Origin: Candidatus Cloacimonadales bacterium
GTDB lineage: Bacteria; Cloacimonadota; Cloacimonadia; Cloacimonadales; JAIOQZ01
Length of the DNA: 64,000 nt
Direction of reading: 5' to 3'
NCBI GenBank assembly: GCA_963662655.2
Contig: CAXXTU010000002.1
Coordinates: forward strand, 2,368,001 to 2,432,000
In this document: in pieces, positions 31,761 through 39,476 of the stretch
How positions within the stretch are numbered: the stretch's first letter is position 1
How the letters are laid out: each line of letters starts with the position of its first letter
Notes under the pieces: model-generated
Database searches by the model: none
Told to the model about the DNA's origin: nothing
Seen by the model: only the letters and a program-made list of their open reading frames with translations
Translations under genes and position numbers: made by a program

Positions 31761-31793
31761 ATCCGGCTTGATGAACGCGTCGTCAAGCCGGAT
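31761..31793 (-). terminator. Hairpin/terminator between the two antiporter paralogs
   Basis: ATCCGGCTTGATGA/TCGTCAAGCCGGAT followed by CTTATTTTT on the - strand. Confidence 0.6.
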
Positions 31794-31798
31794 ATCAT

Positions 31799-33112
31799 TT
31801 ATTCATCGTCGTTATGTTTCGCGTAAGGATCGTACGTGATTTCCCCTGCTTTCTGCAGTGCGATTTTCGCCAGAATGGGGCCAATGATTCCGAAGATGAC
31901 GCTGGTAGCCGTAATCGTGGTAATCACCGATTCCCCGATCAACGCTCCGTGGTGGATCATCTCGCCGTCGAGTCCCTTCACCATAGCGCCCAATTCGCCA
32001 AACTCGTTCTTGATCACGAGTGAAAGGCCGATCGCCACACCCGCCTGGGCAAGAATTCCGAGTCCGGTATACTTCTTGATCTTGCTCTCGACCTTACCTA
32101 TGACTCCGCCCATGTAGGCACCACCGATCAAACCGGCGCTTCTTGCCAGCAGATAAACGATTCCCAGAATTCCGAGAGCTGGGAGCTGGCTTACCTGGAG
32201 ATTCGCACCGCCAAGCGTGAAGAAAAGCAGGAAAAGCAGCGGCATGATCAGCGGCAAACGATCGAAGATTTTGCTGACCAGCGCACGAGGCTGCGTATTG
32301 ACGATAACTGAACCGACAACCATGTTGGTAAGAATCACGGAGAGATGCAGCCATTCGCACAGCCCTGCCGACATGAACACGAAACCGAACAGGAGAAGCA
32401 GAACATCCCCGGCGTTCTTCATGCGTCGGGCAAGGATCGAGAAGAGCCAGCCCAGCGCTCCGCCGACGACGAAGCTGAGGATAACTTCTTTCAGCGGCTC
32501 CACCAGGAGGAGAACCATGTCCAGATCGCCGCCACCCGCTTCTTTCATCAGCAGCGTACGGCATATCGAAGCCGTGAAACCGAAGATGATGATTCCTACA
32601 CCGTCGTCGAGTCCCACAACCGCGTAAAGCGCTTTTGTCAGGCTTCCGCGAGCTTTGTACTCTTCAATAACCGCCACCGTTCCGGCAGGCGCGCTCGCAG
32701 GGGCGATTGAAGCGAAGATCAGCGAGAGAACCAGATCGCCCGTTAGCAGATAGAGTGCGCCGAATACGATCACGAAGGCGCCCACGCACTCGAGAAGGAT
32801 GATCCAGATGATCCCCGCACCCAATTTCTTCAGGCTGGAGAAGTTGAGCTCGAGTCCGATGCTGATCGCCACGAAGCTCAACGCAATGTTGGTGATGAAC
32901 TCCAGCTTGTCCTGAAGCGCGAACGGCAACAGGTTGAAAAGGGATGGTCCCAACAATACGCCGAGGATCATGTAGCCGATCAGAGCCGGCATCTTGAACC
33001 ATTTCATGTTCCTGCCGATATAGAAACCGACAACGATCACGAATCCAAGCGTCAATAAGACGGGTATATGAAATGTTTCCGGTAACATCGCTTCACCTAC
33101 AGGTTCAGCCAA
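31799..33112 (-). CDS. Cation:proton antiporter (CPA2), paralog of 30463..31731
   Basis: Same motifs: 'ASAPAGT', 'VGLDDGVG', 'AQAGVAIGL'. Confidence 0.9.
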   Translation of the reverse strand: MAEPVGEAMLPETFHIPVLLTLGFVIVVGFYIGRNMKWFKMPALIGYMILGVLLGPSLFNLLPFALQDKLEFITNIALSFVAISIGLELNFSSLKKLGAGIIWIILLECVGAFVIVFGALYLLTGDLVLSLIFASIAPASAPAGTVAVIEEYKARGSLTKALYAVVGLDDGVGIIIFGFTASICRTLLMKEAGGGDLDMVLLLVEPLKEVILSFVVGGALGWLFSILARRMKNAGDVLLLLFGFVFMSAGLCEWLHLSVILTNMVVGSVIVNTQPRALVSKIFDRLPLIMPLLFLLFFTLGGANLQVSQLPALGILGIVYLLARSAGLIGGAYMGGVIGKVESKIKKYTGLGILAQAGVAIGLSLVIKNEFGELGAMVKGLDGEMIHHGALIGESVITTITATSVIFGIIGPILAKIALQKAGEITYDPYAKHNDDE

Positions 33113-33909
33113 CCATTGCAGTACACGAGATTCTGAACGGTTAGCATGATTCCGCTATCCTGCGGCTGCGATTCGATGATCATGTTGATCTTGCGAATCA
33201 GGTCGTTGGACAGCGCTTTTTCGATTGTGGCTACGATTATACGGTGGAAGCCCCGCCGCTCTTCCGTCCAGAAGCTTGCAAACAACGGAAGCGCATGCAG
33301 ATACGCCTGAGCGTCGCTTGCCTCGAAGATCGACATACAGCAGTTGGGGGTTTCTGCCAGGAGTTCAAGCAGATCGACGAACGCGTCTTCGTTCTGAACA
33401 TGCAATTGAATAAGGTTGTATTCCTGGGATTTCTCGCTTCCTTTCGGCTTGGGGATGTGCTTCAGAAACAGCTTTATCAGCTCCGCGCCCGATGTTGATT
33501 TCACAAGCTCGTTGACCGCTTTCTTCTTGCGGAAAACGCTGGAAAGCGCGCTGAGAATCCGGATGTGTTCGTTACGTTTACTCGCAGGCGCGATAATATA
33601 AGCGATCAGGTTGACTTTCTCGTCGTCAATCGCTTTGAAATCGACACCACCTGCCACCGTGACGAAACCGATCACAAATTGATCGATGTCTTCGAACATG
33701 CAATGCGGAATTGCGATTCCATTGCCGAAGCCGGTAGAGCCCTGGTCTTCGCGAGCAGACAGTCTGGTAAATACTTCTTCCGCCGAGTGCCCGGCAAGAA
33801 TGGGGTTCTTGATCGCAAGACTGGCGATTTCTTTGAGAGCTTCCGTTTTTGTGGATGGTTTTACGTTGATTCCGATGCAATCGGGTAAGATTTTGTTGAA
33901 TTGCTCCAT
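33097..33909 (-). CDS. PTS EIIA (Fru/Ntr-type) domain protein with an extra C-terminal domain
   Basis: 'REDQGSTGFGNGIAIPHC' phospho-His motif, 'GVDFKAIDDEKV', 'HIRILSALS', then ~110 extra aa. Confidence 0.88.
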   Translation of the reverse strand: MEQFNKILPDCIGINVKPSTKTEALKEIASLAIKNPILAGHSAEEVFTRLSAREDQGSTGFGNGIAIPHCMFEDIDQFVIGFVTVAGGVDFKAIDDEKVNLIAYIIAPASKRNEHIRILSALSSVFRKKKAVNELVKSTSGAELIKLFLKHIPKPKGSEKSQEYNLIQLHVQNEDAFVDLLELLAETPNCCMSIFEASDAQAYLHALPLFASFWTEERRGFHRIIVATIEKALSNDLIRKINMIIESQPQDSGIMLTVQNLVYCNGWLNL

Positions 33910-34028
33910 ATTTCACCTCGTTCTTTTAAGGTATCAATACGAGAAAATTCACTCGTGTTTTTTTGTCAATTTAAGCTTTCTGCGCATTGTTCCAAAAATA
34001 ATACAGGGCCTTTAGGTATCCGCTAACC

Positions 34029-34326
34029 CCACTTCTCACATACTCGTAGGTATTCCAAACGGCGAGGCGATTCTACGAGTGATCTGCGCGCTGCCGCGGC
34101 GGGACGGCGCGTGCGCTCCGCGCACTGACAGGTTTTGAAATGTGTCATGGGGACATTTCAAAATCCTGCCGGAAGCCTCTTCCCAAGCCACGAACCATGC
34201 AATCGCAGCCGGATGGAATTCGGCGAGATGTATGCGTTTGTGGCAAGAGGCTTCCAGCGCCGTCCCGCCGCTGAGTCGGTGCACAAACTGAGAGGGTGTA
34301 GGATTTTTGCTATAAGAGAAAAGTGG
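34029..34326 (+). other. Multi-branched structured non-coding element (ncRNA or MITE-like)
   Basis: Perfect 15-bp helix 34096-110/34257-271 closing three nested hairpins; G-U pairs form in the + orientation. Confidence 0.55.
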
Positions 34327-34329
34327 TGA

Positions 34330-35301
34330 TTATATACCTAATTTGTTGCGGACAACCTGGCAGGTTTCAGCAAATCGCTTCGCTTCCTCCTGTCCGCGTG
34401 GAAACTTTGGGTAAATCCCTTCTGTTTTCAGAAAGCGCATGAACTCGCGAAGAACCTTACCTTCGTTCTCCGAGTAGTTTTGCTCCGGAGCGAGCTTCGC
34501 GTGAACGCCATCCGCGCCTGTCTCTGTCCAGTAGCGCCTCTTCATGTAGAGAGGCCTAAGCTTCAATGCGTAGAGAAGAAGGTTCGCGCCGGCAGTTGCC
34601 GACATTCCGTCGTACTTCTTCTTCTTGAACTCCATGTACTGCGAATACTCGATCGGATCGCTAACGCCTTCGTGCAGCAACCAGCCTGTCTCCGGGAAAA
34701 AGTGGTTGAAGTAGCCTCCAAACGTCAGACGGACGCCGTAGTCAGTGTCCTCCCAGGAGTATTGCCCGTAGTCGGTGCACCAGTACCCGAATTTCCGGAA
34801 AATCTCACCGCGTATCATCACGGCTCCACCGTATATCTCGGACTGGTTAGCCGGCGTGCTGACCTTCGTTCCGGAATCGAGAACGGTATCGAAAGTCTGC
34901 CTGTTCTCATGCTGGAAAAAATCGTAGGAAAGCGCTCCGAAATTGCTCCCCTGTGCGGCACCTACAATGCTCACCATGCGATCGAGCCAATCGGTATGAT
35001 GGACGACGATATCGTTGTCCATACGCAGGTAATAAGGAGTATCTTCCATATCCCATCCTGCGTTCGCAGCCGCTGCCAGACCGTAGTTCCTGTCCAGCAG
35101 AAGAAGGTTATCGATGCTTCCTTGCTCACGCTGCTCCAGCAACCATCGGCGCGTACCGTCCTCGCTGTTGTTATCGATGATCGTGAGGATGCAGGGGTAA
35201 TTCGTTTTGCTCCGAATGCTCTTCAGCGTCTCTTTCGTTCGTGCAAGCCGGTTGAAGGTGACAATAACGATATGAACCGCGTCGAGAGTCGCCCGACTCA
35301 T
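34330..35301 (-). CDS. Glycosyltransferase family 2
   Basis: 'IVIVTFNR', 'IIDNNSEDGT', 'N.GLAAAANAG', DxD 'MDND', 'WEDTDY'. Confidence 0.9.
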   Translation of the reverse strand: MSRATLDAVHIVIVTFNRLARTKETLKSIRSKTNYPCILTIIDNNSEDGTRRWLLEQREQGSIDNLLLLDRNYGLAAAANAGWDMEDTPYYLRMDNDIVVHHTDWLDRMVSIVGAAQGSNFGALSYDFFQHENRQTFDTVLDSGTKVSTPANQSEIYGGAVMIRGEIFRKFGYWCTDYGQYSWEDTDYGVRLTFGGYFNHFFPETGWLLHEGVSDPIEYSQYMEFKKKKYDGMSATAGANLLLYALKLRPLYMKRRYWTETGADGVHAKLAPEQNYSENEGKVLREFMRFLKTEGIYPKFPRGQEEAKRFAETCQVVRNKLGI

Positions 35302-36191
35302 GCCGTTTCCAGCTCCCGGATCTTCATGAGATATTTGCGAGCCGCCTGCAAGAAAGGCTCTTGCAGCTCCGGGGCGTCAAACTGATTGGCCACGCGCATG
35401 AAAGCGCTCACATAGTGGTTGTACAAGTTAAGCTCGGAATCGGAGTAATCGGGGCTGTGTACACTGGGCGAATGATTCTCGATCACGTACTCCATCAGGT
35501 GCAGCGTAGTTCTCAAGCGGGGAATCATGTTCTTGCAGATTTGCGCCTCATGGCTGCGCTTGAAGTAGTCCTGCAACTGATCCACCATCCGGAAGCGCAC
35601 GTTCAGCGCGTTCCGAACCACCCACGCGGTGTCGCCGAAATTCTCGAGCTCTCCATCGAAGTAACCGTGTGCCTCGAAAACTGCCTTCCGCACCAGGGCT
35701 CCTGTGTGTGGAATTCCGCCAATGGTGGTCTCCAGGAAAAGCTTTAGCAGGTTCTTCCGCTCGCTCAGACTGTAGTCGAGATAACGCCAGATCCGATTGG
35801 TTGGGGTCCCGTCTTCCTCAACGACAAGGAGTTTCTCCGGGTAGTAATAATCAAAATTGGGATTCGTCTCGATCGCTTCCATGCCACGTTCGAGGAATTT
35901 CGGTGATATGTAGTCATCGGAATCGATGTACATGATAAATTCGCCGCGGGATTCTTCCAACCCCCTGTTCTTCGTGTCCCAGCAACGCGTATGAGGTTTG
36001 GCAATCAATCGGATTCTTTCATCGTCAAACGAAGAAACGATCTCCGTGGTTCGATCCGTGGAGCCGTCATCGACCACCACGAGCTCCCAATCGGTGAAAC
36101 GCTGATTGACCACCGATTCAACTGCCCGTGCGATGTACTGCTCACGGTTGTAAACGGCAATAATCACACTTACTTTGGGCCTGTGTTTCAT
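35298..36191 (-). CDS. Glycosyltransferase family 2
   Basis: 'VSVIIAVYN', 'VVVDDGSTD', 'IDSDD'; ATG 36191 overlaps the upstream stop (ATGA). Confidence 0.92.
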   Translation of the reverse strand: MKHRPKVSVIIAVYNREQYIARAVESVVNQRFTDWELVVVDDGSTDRTTEIVSSFDDERIRLIAKPHTRCWDTKNRGLEESRGEFIMYIDSDDYISPKFLERGMEAIETNPNFDYYYPEKLLVVEEDGTPTNRIWRYLDYSLSERKNLLKLFLETTIGGIPHTGALVRKAVFEAHGYFDGELENFGDTAWVVRNALNVRFRMVDQLQDYFKRSHEAQICKNMIPRLRTTLHLMEYVIENHSPSVHSPDYSDSELNLYNHYVSAFMRVANQFDAPELQEPFLQAARKYLMKIRELETA

Positions 36192-36703
36192 CTCTCCTGA
36201 TTGCTTACCATTTGCCAGTATTCTTTCCATAGGTTCAAAAGCTCCTCTCGATTTGTTCCCAGCTTGCCGGCCACACCAAAGAGCGATACGGCTCCTTGCT
36301 GCACCAGACACCCGTCGCTTCTCGTAAGGCGCATGTTATCCCCGCTATCGAACCAGAAGGGATAAAGCCTGCAATAATAAGGTCGTGCGCTCTCACTCAG
36401 AAGGCAACCGCTTTCCGTGAGAAAAACGCATGCGCCATTGTTGATCAGAAGACGAGTGCGTGTGCCGTTTCTCAAAATCTCTGCCTGGGGAGGAAACCAG
36501 GTGAAGAGATATTGAACGAAATCGTGCCTCGGGACATCTTCGACCGTAAATTGGCCTGCATCCATGCCGGTGTCAAGAGAGATTCTCTCGACCTCCCCAG
36601 GAAGCAGTCCGAACATAAAGGTCTCATAGCCGGGCTCGATCCGGCAGCAGCCACCGCCATTCCCATGGCAGACAGCACATATCGAGGGGTTTGTTTCTTT
36701 CAT
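36188..36703 (-). CDS. YkgJ/FliB-like CxxCxxCC cysteine-cluster protein (possible flagellin lysine methylase)
   Basis: 'CAVC....GGCC', 'ACVFL...GC.L....RPYYCRLYPF'; directly downstream of the flagellins. Confidence 0.85.
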   Translation of the reverse strand: MKETNPSICAVCHGNGGGCCRIEPGYETFMFGLLPGEVERISLDTGMDAGQFTVEDVPRHDFVQYLFTWFPPQAEILRNGTRTRLLINNGACVFLTESGCLLSESARPYYCRLYPFWFDSGDNMRLTRSDGCLVQQGAVSLFGVAGKLGTNREELLNLWKEYWQMVSNQER

Positions 36704-36714
36704 ATGGTTTGAGG

Positions 36715-36744
36715 AAAAAGGCTGTAGGACGCTACAGCCTTTTC
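36715..36744 (-). terminator. Intrinsic terminator immediately before the YkgJ-like gene
   Basis: AAAAGGCTGTAG-GACG-CTACAGCCTTTT with T-runs in both orientations. Confidence 0.7.
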
Positions 36745-36845
36745 AATCTCTGTTCGCTCGTTGTCAGAATCTTGTGTGATGAGAATCCAGCTCATGCATC
36801 CGCCTGCTCGCGCATCTTCTTCCCTGAATCCGGCGGAGATGAGAT

Positions 36846-36876
36846 TTATAAAATGGGCGGAGCGTCCCCCGCCCAT
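36846..36876 (-). terminator. Intrinsic terminator ending the flagellin 3' structured region
   Basis: ATGGGCGG...CCGCCCAT followed by TTTAT on the - strand. Confidence 0.7.
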
Positions 36877-36879
36877 CTG

Positions 36880-37280
36880 GTTCGGTTAGCCTAGCACTCC
36901 CAATGCCGTTGCGAGTCGAACCCGCGTCGACATTGCCACAGCAGATTTGCCAAAATTAATCTACGTGTGTAGATATCGTTCGCTCTTGAGGTACTGTCTT
37001 TGTCACTGTTGACTGTTGATTACGAGAGACTGTTTTTCAAGTCAGTTGCCGGTAACTTAGTTACCAGAGTTTTTGCGAAAAAACTCCAGCTGTGGTTTGT
37101 GCAATAACCGACAACCAGAAACAGTTAACCGTGTTTTGACACACCTCTCAAACGTTTGGGAGTAAACTCCCCTTTTGAGTGCTTACGCAGCTCTTTGCGA
37201 GTGACATGCGGATAATGCGGTCTATGCGGCAACGCAATGAGTTTTTCTCGGCAAATACCCATCGCAGTTGCGATATTCTT
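36880..37280 (-). ncRNA. Candidate large structured RNA downstream of the flagellin cluster
   Basis: Nested long-range helices and many hairpins, with long-range G-U pairs favouring the - strand; no credible ORF; ends at a terminator. Confidence 0.5.
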
Positions 37281-37282
37281 TA

Positions 37283-38242
37283 TTATCCGATAAGGCTGAG
37301 AGCCATTTGCGGCAATGAATTAGCCTGTGCCAACATACTTACCGCAGACTGGGTCAGGATCTGATTTCTTACGAATTCCGTCATCTCAGTCGCCACGTCG
37401 ACGTCAGAGATACGGGATTCAGCAGCCTGGACATTTTCTGCCTGGATCGACAGGTTGGAAATGGTGTTCTCCAAACGGTTCTGAACTGCACCGAGTGCAG
37501 CACGAGCGTTTTCTTTACGCAACATCGCGGTGTTGATGGTCTCCAGCGCCATCTGTGCAGCGTGCTGTGTACTCACAGCAACGTCAGCCGCACCGATTCC
37601 AAGTGCACTGGTTCTCATATCACCGATTCTGATGAAGTAGTAGTCTTCCGCACGTGAGTTTTCAGGACCAAAGTGGATCTTCGCGCCACCGGTAATATTA
37701 CCGTTGGCATCAAAAGTACCATTAACTTCCTGCCAGCCGCTACTGTTGGTATACATACTTTCAGTTGCGGTCCAGGTATTGTTGGACGTCCAGGATCCAC
37801 CTGATCCGGCGATTGAGACGTTACCATTCAACAGCTTGACGCCGTTGAAATCGGTTGCGTTGGCGATACGGTCGATTTCCGCAGCCATGGCAGCAAACTC
37901 GGAATGGATGATCAAACGTTGTTCGTTTGTATACGTACCGGTTGCAGCCTGTTCCGCCAGTTCCTTCATACGGATCAGTTTTTCGTCGATAACAGCCATC
38001 GCGCCTTCGGCGGTCTGGATCATCGAGATACCATCTTGCGCATTACGCACACCCTGATTAAGGGATGCGATTTCCGCGCGCATTCCTTCACGAATCGCAA
38101 GTCCTGCTGCGTCGTCCGCAGCTGAATTGATACGCAATCCGGTGGAAAGCCTTTCCACGGAAGTTGCAAGATTACCATAAGCCGATGTAAGGTTCCTGGC
38201 AGTACTCATCGCCATCATGTTGTGGTTGATTACGAGTGACAT
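37283..38242 (-). CDS. fliC: Flagellin (319 aa), copy 1
   Basis: 'MSLVINHN...ERLSTGLRINSAADDAAGLAI', 'QNRLE...ESRISDVDVA.EM...QANSLPQMALSLIG'; AAGGAGG RBS. Confidence 0.97.
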   Translation of the reverse strand: MSLVINHNMMAMSTARNLTSAYGNLATSVERLSTGLRINSAADDAAGLAIREGMRAEIASLNQGVRNAQDGISMIQTAEGAMAVIDEKLIRMKELAEQAATGTYTNEQRLIIHSEFAAMAAEIDRIANATDFNGVKLLNGNVSIAGSGGSWTSNNTWTATESMYTNSSGWQEVNGTFDANGNITGGAKIHFGPENSRAEDYYFIRIGDMRTSALGIGAADVAVSTQHAAQMALETINTAMLRKENARAALGAVQNRLENTISNLSIQAENVQAAESRISDVDVATEMTEFVRNQILTQSAVSMLAQANSLPQMALSLIG

Positions 38243-38280
38243 CTTTTCCTCCTTGATTGGTTGTAGGGCATCCATGCTGC
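38243..38280 (-). promoter_or_regulatory. Dual CsrA-type site in the flagellin 1 leader
   Basis: mRNA sense: GC-ATGGA-TGC hairpin ... AAGGAGGA Shine-Dalgarno. Confidence 0.7.
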
Positions 38281-38380
38281 TCATAAGACATTTGTCTTAT
38301 ATAGCAGTGGTTTGGCAATCTGCTATATTACCTAGGGTTAACCAAACCAATCAAAAGAAAGGAGACTATAACATCGCTCG

Positions 38381-39340
38381 TTATCCAATCAGACTGAGAG
38401 CCATTTGCGGCAAAGAGTTAGCTTGAGCCAACATACTGACCGCAGACTGTGTCAGTATCTGATTCCTGACGAATTGCGTCATTTCAGTTGCCACGTCGAC
38501 ATCCGAAATGCGTGATTCGGCAGCTTGAACGTTCTCTGCCTGGATAGAAAGGTTCGAGATCGTGTTTTCCAAGCGGTTCTGTACTGCACCAAGCGCCGCA
38601 CGAGCGTTTTCCTTACGCAACATTGCGGTATTGATCGTTTCCAGAGCCATCTGTGCAGCGTGCTGGGTACTCACGGCCACATCTGCCGCGCCAACGCCGA
38701 GGGCGCTGGTGCGCATGTCGCCGATGCGAATGAAGTAGTAGTCTTCGGAGCGGTTGTTACCCGCGCCAAAGTGGATCTTCGCGCCACCGGTAATGTTACC
38801 GTTTGCGTCGAAGGTACCATTTACTTCTTCCCATCCACTGCTATTGGCCAACATTCCTTCGCTTGCTGTCCAGGTGTTGTTTGCGTTCCATGAACCACTA
38901 GATCCTGCGATTGAAACGTTACCGTTAAGAAGTTTAACTCCGTTGAAATCGGTAGCATTGGCAATACGGTCAATTTCCGCAGCCATTGCCGCAAACTCGG
39001 AATGGATAATCAAACGTTGTTCGTTTGTGTATGTTCCGGTTGCTGCCTGTTCTGCTAATTCCTTCATGCGGATCAGCTTCTCGTCGATAACCGCCATCGC
39101 TCCTTCTGCGGTCTGGATCATCGAAATACCATCCTGAGCGTTTCTGATTCCTTGATTCAACGTTGCAATTTCTGCACGCATACCTTCACGGATCGCAAGA
39201 CCCGCGGCATCGTCTGCAGCAGAGTTGATACGAAGACCAGTGGAAAGACGCTCAACAGATGTACTCAGATTTCCATATGCTGAAGTCAGATTTCTGGCCG
39301 TGTTCATCGCCATCATGTTATGGTTGATTACGAGTGACAT
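38381..39340 (-). CDS. fliC: Flagellin (319 aa), copy 2
   Basis: Same N- and C-terminal flagellin domains; AAGGAGG RBS. Confidence 0.97.
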   Translation of the reverse strand: MSLVINHNMMAMNTARNLTSAYGNLSTSVERLSTGLRINSAADDAAGLAIREGMRAEIATLNQGIRNAQDGISMIQTAEGAMAVIDEKLIRMKELAEQAATGTYTNEQRLIIHSEFAAMAAEIDRIANATDFNGVKLLNGNVSIAGSSGSWNANNTWTASEGMLANSSGWEEVNGTFDANGNITGGAKIHFGAGNNRSEDYYFIRIGDMRTSALGVGAADVAVSTQHAAQMALETINTAMLRKENARAALGAVQNRLENTISNLSIQAENVQAAESRISDVDVATEMTQFVRNQILTQSAVSMLAQANSLPQMALSLIG

Positions 39341-39378
39341 CATTCCTCCTTGATTGGTTCTAACGGGCATCCATGCGA
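39341..39378 (-). promoter_or_regulatory. Dual CsrA-type site in the flagellin 2 leader
   Basis: mRNA sense: GC-ATGGA-TGC ... AAGGAGGA. Confidence 0.7.
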
Positions 39379-39476
39379 TATAAGACAACCGTCCTATATT
39401 GCGCTACGTTAGCTTATCTGCTTGTGTGTGTTTCGGCTAAACCAAACCAATCTATGAGGCAAAATCAGTCTCCTAA

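Noticed and set aside
36901..36935. tRNA or tmRNA (GACGCGGGTTCGACTC on the - strand)
   Set aside because: The T-arm is shortened, there is no acceptor stem or CCA end, and no tmRNA-like 5' end.
36880..37280. Group I/II intron, or TldR/TnpB guide RNA linked to flagellin
   Set aside because: No group II domain V or GUGYG start, no recognisable group I P7 motifs, and no TnpB/Cas12-like or RT ORF in the window.
39438..39456. 12-nt match (TAGATTGGTTTG) between the flagellin spacer and rod element copy B
   Set aside because: The other conserved motifs of the rod element are not present in register; probably chance.
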